64,000 nucleotides of DNA, taken from assembly GCF_000150275.1 (NCBI RefSeq), contig NW_002060961.1, positions 186,001 through 250,000 on the forward strand. The letters are read 5' to 3'. The notes beneath the pieces are model-generated. The model was not told the origin of the DNA, ran no database searches, and saw only the letters and a program-made list of their open reading frames with translations. This document shows, one piece after another, positions 1 through 12,000 of this stretch. A program made the position numbers and the translations under genes. This stretch comes from Trichoplax adhaerens. Its lineage: Eukaryota; Animalia; Placozoa. The stretch's first letter is position 1, and each line of letters opens with the position of its first letter.

Positions 1-995
1 AAATTACTATCAAATATTCTTTTACATGGGAGTCATCAATCACATTAGTACATTGCTAAACATCAGCACGTAATTATTAAGGCTATCATGGCCTTATATA
101 ACATACAAAAAATGTGAATCGTTTCATCATACTAGTCATAATCAACACTTACTTTATTAAGATATACAGTTATACACTCATAACCACTGAAATTAGTTAA
201 AGTTACTACGGGTATAAAAGTGCTTGCTGATTTTGTTTAGCAATTTACTAAGTTTGCTCTTGTAACATTTAATTATTAGTTATGTATGACATAGGGTTTA
301 ATGATTAAGTGGAAGTAGATTTAATAGCCATCTAGAGATTTACGCAAACGCACTCAGTAAGAAAATAGATTCTTTATCATAAACCGCAAGTATGAGGTAG
401 TTATCGTATAGCAGGGCGTAAGCTGTCATGAAGAAGCGTAAGAACAATTGACTCTTTGATATTTGAAACTAACTAAATCTGAGGAAGAAATAGCTAGAGT
501 TTATAGCTTTGAAGATATACCACATGCACAGAATATGATTGTAGTGCTAAACATAGTTTATACCATAATAGTTTTATACGGTAGAAAATAGCGAAGACTG
601 TAAGTTTTGTAAATATCTAAGCTTGGCAACCTTAATTATCGACCGCGCGAAAATGTTGTAAAGATGTCTATATTTAAGGACCACTTAGAATGCCTATGCT
701 AAGTAAATGCTACAAACACAATATAATCTTTATGCACTGCATTATGGTAGTGAAAAGTCATCACCGTATTCCTTATTCAAACTCAATGCTAGAAACTACC
801 TTAAAACTAAACAATCTCATTACGGTACAACATATTTCTAGAAAAACACGTATGGATTGTGGTTGTTGTATAACTTTATCGACGAAATAGCTTTTTAGTT
901 ATTCAAACCAAAAATCAACTTTCACCAACTAAATTGGTGCGTTAATAGCAATACTAATGCAAGTATAGGAGATGCAGTTTATCTGAGTCCCAGAT

Positions 996-1045
996 NNNNN
1001 NNNNNNNNNNNNNNNNNNNNNNNNNNNNNNNNNNNNNNNNNNNNN
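996..1045. other. Assembly gap (50 N)
   Basis: Run of N in the sequence. Confidence 0.99.
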
Positions 1046-1469
1046 ATACCTCGAAATAATAAGAATGACAAAGAAAAGGGCATAAATCATGAACAATTTG
1101 ATCAGTTATGAAGTCATGTATCATGTGTGGGTATTGCAAGCAACACTAATTAGATTGCTCTATTCAGCTAGAACAAATATCAAGTCTGTTGATTGCTAAT
1201 CCATGTCCATGAATCCTTACATCCACGTATTCATACATACTATATTACAAATGTCTTTTCAATTGTGTGTCTGTCAGTGCGTAAAACGTGAACATTTATT
1301 CATGCTGCATGCTAATTCAAAATACACAATTCTGCTGTGTTGTCGCCATTTATCCGTGAGCAGCACAAAATTTGTCTGTGCATAAAACAGTTGCATGCTA
1401 TCCAAAATATAAATTATTCTACTGTATGGCCGCCATTCATCCGTGTGTAGCACAAAATGGAAACTAGAG

Positions 1470-2590
1470 GTGACAAACCAGGTTATTCGAAAACGAGGTT
1501 AATGCCAAGGACAGCATGCTGCACGATTGGCACAAGATTGGGAAAGACATGCCTTTCATAGACAAAATGAAAAACAGGAGAAGAACGCGTGACACGATTA
1601 TCACTAGACAGAGAAAGACGCCCTGCTCAAAGACAGAATGGAACAGAAGTAGGCATGTAGTGCGACTATTACAAAATGCACTGATGCAATCCATACGAAG
1701 GAACTTGGGAAACAAGGAGCAACAGCCATGCCGTAATGCATGACCTGGACAAGCTGCAATATTGCTTTAACTAACAGATCGTCATGAAATCGGCCAATGG
1801 AATAAAAAATGCCCCAATGCAATGCATTTATATTCACTAAAGAGAAAGTCGCCAAATCAAGCCTTGGAAATTCACGATTCCAGCTCCGTTGTAAGAAAGG
1901 GAAAATTGAGCTACCGCTAATTCGATCTCCACCGTCTCAATACTTGGCGCTATTAACGGAAAGTTCAGAAGAAGCAAAGCATTTTCGTACATGCGTATAT
2001 TTTTGTGCTTATTATAATGCCTTCACCTTTACATTAAGTGGTGCAAATTTCGATTGACAACTTGTAAATGGAATAGATAGAGTATATAGGTTATACATTG
2101 CGAGAGTAAGAAAGTTTTATTCTTTTGCTGTCTGCAACTCTTATTCCTAGCGAAGACGAGCAACCCAAATTTGCCTAAATTTACATTTATAATATGGATG
2201 AACAAGTCCCCCATCGATTGAATTTCAACGATGTGCTGAATGCACCAGTTGTGGAAATGCTAACGAGATTACTTAAACAGCGAAGATTATTATGTTGCAA
2301 ATTGTGTTCCGAATTTAGAACAATTCCAGCCACAAAATACTCAACCTTATGAGCTGCTAATATAGTCCATTCCGGATCGCGATCGATGTTTCGATCATCC
2401 TACAGCTTCAGAAGTGGCTACAATTTTACCTTTTGAAATGCTATGGAATATATCTTATATCGAAATTTTATAAAGAATACATAGTTCTAGAATTGAGTTA
2501 CGATATCGAGTCATTTCCTTGGCACAGAATTGTCATAAAATATAAAAATGGGCAATGTGAAAATTTTTCAAGATCGCTTAGTCCTACGTT
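1470..2590 (+). mobile_element. Degenerate Helitron Rep/helicase N-terminal fragment
   Basis: Frame-disrupted Helitron-typical motifs in the expected order: QHAARLAQDWERHAFHRQNE (~1512-1570); PQCNAFIFTKE...CKKGKIELPLIRSPP...LLTESSEEAKHFR...YNAFTFTLSG (1809-2045); LIPSEDEQPKFA*IYIY (~2140-2190); PTASEVATIL (~2399-2428); RIVIKYKNGQ (~2526-2555). Stops and frameshifts are present. Confidence 0.8.
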
Positions 2591-3047
2591 AGAGTATTCG
2601 AAATAGGTTACGAAGCTACAAAGTGTTCTATATCATCCATATTTCTTCATAGCCGATTCTAGGAAATTTATAAAGAATAAAAATATTGAATAGGTATCAA
2701 TTTATGATACAATCTTGCTTTTTAGTAAATCTTAAATCAAGTAATCTTCTGAAATAATAACGATTTCTCTGTTATTGAAGCACACCATGACGAAATACAA
2801 ATTGAGTATAACAGCAATTAGAGTATGAAAATTTTTCATAGGGTGAAAGCTGGTGCCCACTATGACAAATAAAATTTAGACTTTATTTTATCCTAATTGA
2901 AAACTAATAATTACAATTGAATAAATATTATACATTTTTAAAGTTAAGTACTGCTATTTTGAAGTTAGATATTTAATTTCTTTCCTTCACAATTCAATAA
3001 TCCTCTATTTTACCTCTTAACATCCTCACTTACCTAAATGCGCGTAG

Positions 3048-6000
3048 ATCTTTAAGTGAAAACTCTATTGAATATATTCCATCGCATACATTTTCTACAT
3101 GGGCTCCGTTAAATGTGGTGTAAGTATTTTAATTTATAATGTAGTTATACTTTAATCTCTTGGAGTTATAATTGATTAATTGTAGCTGTTTAACAGAAGC
3201 GAAAGATTTAACTTTTAATATTTAATTAACTTACTTTAAATTTAAATGCAATATGATCAAGTGATATACATTACAATCATTGCGTGGATAATGATAAATT
3301 TCTTTTGATTAACATCTTTTTTGATATCATGAGCCCTTTACTTCCTCAGTAGATTGTACCGTAATAAATTAAATTCCATTAATAAAATGGCTTTTGGTCG
3401 TCATTCCTTATTGCAGTCATTGTAAGTAGCAAAATAACGCTGTTGAATAGTTATGGCACACTGATTAGTATATTCGCAGAGTCGTAGGAGAAAATAATTT
3501 CCGAGCCTTACCAACGGATTTATTCGAAAAAATTCCCCATCTGATAACCTTGTAAGTAAGCTATAAAAGCTTTATTATTGCTAAATTAGCGATAACTATA
3601 CTTATGCAGTACTATAAAAATACACTTGATAACCGAACTATGCTATCATATTGATGTTTGAAATGCAGCTAGAAATTACTTTTATGAAATAATACTTCCT
3701 TCTATAATGTATTTATAATATTAGGGTTTAAATTACTATACTAGACAACAAATATCATTATGCTTATCATCGACTTATAACAACCTATAAAATGCTTTGT
3801 AATCAAGTAGTAATCATCACATTAACTGTGACCAAGAAAAGTGCAGAGAGACCATATCTCTACTGATAATTATAGGATTTAATTTACTAAGCTAATAATA
3901 ACAACCAGTATTCCAATACTTCTTATAGCTATAAAGGATTAAGATTATCAATACTGAATAATGAATACATAAATATCTAACTCATGATAATATAATTATC
4001 ATTTTAATGAGAGTATTGAGATCTTCTAATATTTAATTTCGTTTGTACAGGCATGTAAATCACAATAACATTAATTCCGTTGCTAATAAAGCATTTGAAA
4101 AGCTGCGAAATCTAAAATTACTGTTAGTATTAATTTCATTAAATTAAAAGTTTACTTGCATATATTTTTAGTCAAACTTGTTTGATTAATCTATAATCTT
4201 CAATTACGAAATTTCGCAAACTTTAGAATAGCAATATCAACATTCTTGTACTTCTTTACAATTACTAGATATTTGTGATCTCTATTCAGCTCTGTAAATT
4301 GTTCATAAAGAAAAAACAACTCAAATGAAATATTTATTTATAACAGCAATTATTTTACAATGAATATAATTTAACAGTAATATGAAAAATAATGATCTAA
4401 AATACTTTGGCAAAGATATATTTTATTTACGGACAAAGTTATATCAAATGTAAGTCTAAGAGCGAAATGAGTTCTTTATTTCTTGAATATCTGCTTACTT
4501 ATTGTAGCAGTTGGTGTATAAAATTTATGCATTAAAGTTACCAGATACTACTATAGTATGTAACGTTTTCTTCAAACAGCGATTTAGGACATAATCCGAA
4601 TTTGCAACTACACAACCTAACTACTTATCAACAATTGACTGGAGCATCTCTACTGTAATAAAATATAAAATAAGACTTAATATTTTAAATTTAAAATAAG
4701 CCTTAATATTTTAAATATACTTAGTCAATACATAATGCAGATAATAATATTAATTATTGAAACAGAGCAGATTGAATATTGCTAAACTGTAGTACTTGGT
4801 TAATTATATTTATTTAACTGTTTACATTTCACAGTGATGATACGAGTAGTATTAGCCATTGATAACTTGCCTACACTAAATATTAATGACCTTTTTATTT
4901 TTAATACAGGTCATTATCAAATTGTAGTTTGAACTACTCAATATTAACTAATATTCTGAAAGACACGCCTAATTTAAAAAATATGTAAATATCTTTGCTC
5001 TTTTCGTATACCTACTAAGTAATTCTAAACGTTAAAAAAAACTACAGATGACACCAACGGTAATTTCTATCTGGGATACTGCATTAGTAAATTCTCAGAT
5101 CAGCATTAAAATACACTACTTTCCGTTATGAATGATTGTATACAAATACAGTTGATCTAGTTTCTAGTTTTTATATATTAACAAATAATGAATTTTAGTA
5201 AATGAAGGTTCTAATGCTGTAGCGATAATAAACCTGAAAAGGCAATAAACTCTTCAGCATGACATTATTTCATTTCTGAACATTAAATTTCTAAATCTAG
5301 TTGAAAGAAAATGACGCTTTATTATAATGTTAATTAAATTTTGATACAACTTAGCGAACTTATTAAAATAATAGTTAATCTATTATGCAAAAAGAAAACA
5401 TAAAAGTTTCTAACTTCCTTTCTTTACATTGTAGATGGCTATTAGGAAATAATCTATCCGGAATCAACACTAGTATATTTTCCAATCTTAAATCTATGGA
5501 TAGTATGTAAGTTTAGCGGTGGTGGATGAATAATAATAAATAAAGTATAATAATATTCCTAAATTCATTAATATAGTTCACATTATCACAAACTGATATT
5601 AAAAATGATTATATTAAATACATCAGCATACATATCATACTAACAAAACACTCTAACTACAGATTAAATTAAATATAAAAAAAAGGGCGGTATAAATCTG
5701 AAGCAACCTTTCGAATAGAAACTTTAGATTATACTCAATCAATTACTATACGGTAGTTGCATTATCAATGCTCTGGGATCTGATGTCCGACACTATCCTA
5801 ATTTTTGATTATATAAGATCTTTAAGTTATACTGGACTTTCTACTCAGCAAATTCGTCAAATTTTATCTCAAAGAACAGAGTATCGCTATCTGTAAGATA
5901 AAAGAAATGGTTTTACAATTAACAAAGCAATGTCAATTTACTGATCTCACCAGGTACTTTCATAAGCACTACTTACCTTAGTTAACATTAAAATTTTGTA

Positions 6001-9000
6001 ACAAGATCCTTGGATGGATTAGAATTACATGAATTTCCAGAAAAACCATTTCAAATCTTATCTAAAGCCTTTTATCTGTAAGTTCCATCTATCTTTACTA
6101 AACTGACTAAAATCATACGTTTTTGAAGCCATCATTTATTCATATTAACAGTTTCATACGCTTATATCTGCAACTTTTAGATCCTTGAAATCGAATGGCA
6201 TGCGCTCAATTAAACAAAAATCTTTACCCTTGCTAAGAAAATTGAATGCTCTGTGAGACATTGTAAAATAGTGCAGTCATCCATTCTAGACAGAACTGAA
6301 ATAAATACATCACAAAATACAGTATTGATCTATCACTCTTATACGAACAAGATTTTATTCAAAAATGCTACTAAAAAAGCTATCATCTAGAGCTATCTGT
6401 TATGAAGGAGGCATACAGATGCAACTTATTTTACTCGACATAACTTTACCAATACTACATCTATGACTCCATCCATTTCATTAATTACTCTCGTCATCAT
6501 TAAATATCCTTTATAAATAATTTTGAAGTCATCTTTATAAATGATTCATAATAATTAAAATAATTCTAAATTAATTTGATTTCGGTCGGTAAAATTACTT
6601 CTCGACTTGTTTTAATTACTATTAATAATATTTACCAATAAATCCGTATAGACGGTTAGACAGAAATTTATTAGGAAACGACGCTTTTAAGATCCTTCTA
6701 TCGCTGACTTCCATAGAATTATTGTAAGTTCATTTAGAATTAATATAGATTTTATAAATAACTTTAATGGTATAATCAAATAATTAAAAACATGAAATGG
6801 TAACAAGATTATCGTCAATATATGCAGCTAACATATCCCAATTCACTATTCTATTCGGTATAATCCATAATTATTTTCATAATCTAGATCAATTACTCAT
6901 AACAACATTACGGATGTCTGCCTTCCTAAAGATTTCTATCAAAGTGGACTTTCGATCGCTAATTTGTATGGTGACACTACTTTATTTAAATGAACGTATT
7001 TCATTTTGTCTTATTTCAACAAAAAATAGAATAACTCAATATTTACATTTCCAGTATAAATATAAATGCATACAAATTATTCAAGCATTATCAGCTTAAG
7101 ATTATCAAAAATTGGCTTGCGTTCAATAACATTTATGAATTCTTTTCTGTTTGCAATTAAATCTGTTATTTACTGTTTTACTTATATACTTGAAACAATC
7201 AGAGATCTTACAGGCAACAGAATCACCACCCTGACACCTTATTGTTTCCAATCATTCTCATTGCTAAATACCTTGTAAGTAACATAGTAAAGATATGTAG
7301 AATATATAGGATCTGGAAATAATAAGCAACTTACTAAAGCAATCGAGTTAAATGCAAAATGGCCATGCTCTTCTATTAACATAAAATTACGGAGATTTGA
7401 AATGGCTCAGCTATTTAACTATTATTTAGGCTGCTTATAATATTATATTAAGTTAATTATCAAAGTACTTTACACCGCTACCTTTAGCTTAGTTATAACT
7501 ATATTTGCAGATAAATGTAGTTTTGAAGTAGCGTCACATGCAATAGGATTTCATTCGAATCGATAAACTTGCTATTTTTTGCTTAATACTGCATCCGAAT
7601 GTGCGTGAATGTACACCCTTTTACGTCCATATTCTATTTTATGAACTTCTATCGCCTGAGAATATTTCATCGCATTTTGTAAATTCTGTTAGATCTACTT
7701 TAGAGGTTTCAACATATGCAATGAGGTAGTATTCACTATCTGACAAACCCAGTTCTCTTTTGATAAATAGTTTATTTGATTTATTTATCGCAGACTATGT
7801 TATCATGGAAAGTAATTTGAAATCCATTAAATGCAGATGTTAAATTATGAAGATTAAATGTAATTTAATTGCCGGCGAATATATACGTATCTACCAACAT
7901 AGATTTATGATAAAATATAGAACGAGAGGTTATTCGTCTTTGTGTCTTATCCTCGGAAGCAGAACAAGATATTCTCATTGCGCTACTACATAATATGTTC
8001 AATCTACCAGACTAGGAACTTATTCATATTATATTATAAACAAACTGAATTAAGGGTGTAATTTTTACATTCATAATTTCAGTCAATCTAAATATAAGCC
8101 TAACTGTTAGGACTGTAATGAAAATGTGCAATTATCTTTAAAAATTTTACCTTTCGTATAACACCTCATATATAATACTAGCTTCAAAATGGTATTATAC
8201 GATATCGTATTCATTAATTTCTCTATATTTCTGATTCTATAATAGTTTCATGACCGTAATGTACTAGTTCGTAGTGCACATGTTTATTGTATATGTTATG
8301 TATATGTCGTATACAATGTCCATAAGCGCATACAACGCAACATTTAGCCATGAAATTTAATTTAGATAAAATTTTTCACGTAATGCAGGATTAATGAGAA
8401 ACATAGCGCTATACTGTCAATATGCATACATGTTGATAGCTAACATAAATAGTTCATTAATTAAGAATACACGGCTAGATGAACTATTGCTGGCAGTATA
8501 ATTTACTGTACGTAGTACTTTGTGAAGTCTCAGCTACGGAGTCTATAACAGTAAAAGGCGATAACTAAATTTGTTTTCAACTAAGTCAGCTAGTGTAAGC
8601 AAACTTACTGTAGACTAACACAACTTGATACTAATAGTTAATTGAACTAGTAGACATCTTTTTAATAAAAATATTTCAATTCAGCTCAACAAATGTTAAG
8701 ATGCATTAACATTGCTGAGAAGAAATTAGCATCGTATCGATGAAATACTATACTATAGTATCGACGTAAATCGTAGGTACTCAGTTCGCACAATGTGTAA
8801 TTATGCATTATTAACTTTATTTTCATGAGCGTCGTCGAAATCAATTTCGTAAGCATAACTACCATATATTTATAAAGGTGAATTGGCCTTTATAGCATGC
8901 ATGAGAGCGATTTTGTCTATTAATAGGGCTCTAACCCAATCTTGATTATGCTAACTGAACTTTTAAAGTGACAAAGGTCTAGTCGAATATGATCCACATT

Positions 9001-12000
9001 TGAAAATGTTCTCTCTCAAAAATGTTTAATCAATTTATTACAGACTAGTAGAATAAGTAATAATTACATATCGGCGAGATTAGTATGAATCACAACCTGA
9101 TTATAGGCTTATCAATGTTATTATAATTGTCGGAAAATACTAAAAGATCAAAAAATTTAAGTTTTATTATTAACACAATTCATTCTCAACTTCAACACTA
9201 TGATTGTCTATTAATGATTCGAAATAGATACTACACAATTCGTAGTCTTACACAATAAAGAAAGTCTACTTATATTCTGATATCAATTATTATTACTATC
9301 ATATCTGTAGCTATACTTCTAAATGAATATTTTTTATACTTTCAATGTCATTGCTCATGCAGATTATTCATGAAATGCTTAAAAGAAACTGATATGATTG
9401 ATCGATTATATATTTTTTTTAGAACTTTATCAGATAATCCGCTTATTATTTTCAGTAAACAAGCGTTTCGAAGTAGTAACTTAATAAAATTGTATGTATG
9501 TATTCTTAACATCGATCTACAATTATTTACGATTCATGTTTCTTTTACTTATAATCAGTCTATATTCATAGCCTATTATTAAACAACTAGAACCAAGCAA
9601 CAATTAAAATTTATTTCTCTACTATAGTACTATGATAAAAGTAGAGATTATACGTAATATTAATAATTTAATCCTGTACTCGACTTCGAGTAGACATTCC
9701 AGTCGTGAATATCTATGCTGCGTTACAATGTCACTAGTGACAGACTGCCAACCACTACCCGATCAATTTACACTTTCTACTTGTACCGATATACTCTCCC
9801 ACACCCTTTTACGAGTTTTTATTTGGATGATTGGTGTTATTTCTGCGATCGGAAATTTTATTGCTATCATATGGCATACTAAAAGTATGACAAAAGAATT
9901 TCAAGTTGTTAAAACATTACTTATTAACTTATCTATAGCTGACTTCACTATGGGTATCTATTTGATCAACATTGCATCAGCAAATATCTATTTTGCAGGA
10001 ATTTATTCTGAATATTTGGAAACTTGGCTTCGTAGTCCATTTTGTTCAATAGCTTCTTCGTTAATTACATTATCGAGTTTTATGTCGACTGTTATCTTAT
10101 TTTTGATTAGCCTTGATCGATATTGGGGTCTAGTATACATGTTTGATAACTATCGCTTATCCTACCGTTTTGTTGTGATATCATTATCCTTGTCGTGGGT
10201 GCTATCTATTATTTACATTGGATTGCCAGTCATCTATAGTATTAATCAACCTAGCCAATATCGTTTCCATGGTACAAATGGTGCTTGTATACCCGGTAAT
10301 CTATCGAATACGTACTTCCTGATATGGTTAATATTTTATTGTGCTTTTACTTTTGTAATATGGATAACGATTAGTATGATGTATATCGCCATGATTGTAA
10401 CGTTAACACGTATTCGAAAGCAAGCTAATCGTCAGATATCATCGGTAGAGAAGATTATCCAAGCTAAAATGATAGCTATTGTTATTACTGATCTCATCTG
10501 TTGGATGCCATTATATATCGTCTTACTTCGATTCTTATTTGGCTATGGATTAGATACGCATTCCTTACCGTTTATTGCTGTATTATCATTGCCAGTGAAT
10601 TCATGTATTAATCCAATTTTTTATACCATATTTACTCGAACATTCCTCAATAAAGCTAACAACATGATACGACAACTTCGAAATATCTTAACATTATGTC
10701 AAGTATATCTTTATCAGTGCCATAGCAATTCCAGTAGTCAATCATTCGGTAGGTATAAAATTTTCTACAATGCTATAAAATTTCATTAGGAGATACTTGA
10801 TATTTGTTAGTTAGGAGAAAAAACGGTAGTGTTGATGATATTCGGCATTAGTTATAAAGTAAGAAAATGCCATCATCATCAGGGATAGATTAATCTCTAG
10901 ATCTAATATTGCGATGGATTTGCATCCATATGACCGCATAGCCGTTGATATAATTAAGCTGGTACTGCAGTAAATATATGCGCAGATCGATTTAAGTAGG
11001 CAAAATAGGACTGATTTGGACAATGCTAGTATTTCTATTAGGTTCTTTGGATATCTAATCAGAAGAGTTTATCGATTGCTAAGAGTAAGATGAGAAAGTC
11101 TCTTAAAAGACTCTTGTAAAAGCACCGTATTTAATTGCAATAGAAAATTTTGCTCGCATTTAGCTAGGTACGTAGACTCTATTATTTACCGCGACTATTT
11201 TATGAGCGTATTATTCCCACTACAATCTTGGTATAAATATGAATCAGAGCCATCCACAAACCTCAAGGAATTAAGCAATACAATTACCTTTGGACGTATA
11301 GAATTGATAAAGAACATAGATCACTTTAACAATCTATTGTAGTATGCAGCTTTAATCACAGAAAATTGCAGATGTACTTCTAGTGCGATACTATGAATTA
11401 ATAAGTACTTTCCATATTCTCAGTTGTCAATATTCTATTGATGATGAAATACGAGTAAATAACTACAGTTTTCTATAATGATATAGATAGTAATTGGTAT
11501 TGGTGAATTCGCTACTAATTCAGTGGTTTCTAATTGCATATAAATAGGAATTACAATTCTATTCTACATATAACTAAGCCAATACTGATTACAAATATTA
11601 TAATTATGGCATAAATGTAGAAACATCAGGCGAAAATCACAAAGATATATCAATTCTATCGAAAGAAACAAAGTGCTTAACTCAGGTATATTCTCACTCA
11701 GATTTATATCTGTAATATTGAGATCGTTGACTTATTTACTGTGTTGTAACTTTGTCGTCGTCATAATTATATACAGATATAATTCTATATAAAAGTTTTG
11801 TGATTCTTTCCCTAGACATATTACAAAATTAAACTGACAGATAAAAATAATAACGGCACCTTTGGTTTAATAAAATTTTACGATGCAAATAACAAGAAAG
11901 ATTGGCAAAGTGAAAATAAATTCTACAGGGTTATAGCATCAAACAAATTTCAATTGCAAAACATCATACAATTACTATCGTTAGCTAAAGAAACGGAACA

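Noticed and set aside
6797-7278. ORFs 6797-7099 and 7066-7278 as standalone genes
   Set aside because: They are intron read-through around LRR micro-exons.
7794-7860. Extra LRR exon in the 2.1-kb intron
   Set aside because: It is AG/GT-bounded but has stops in all frames and a poor LRR consensus. At most it is a decayed exon.
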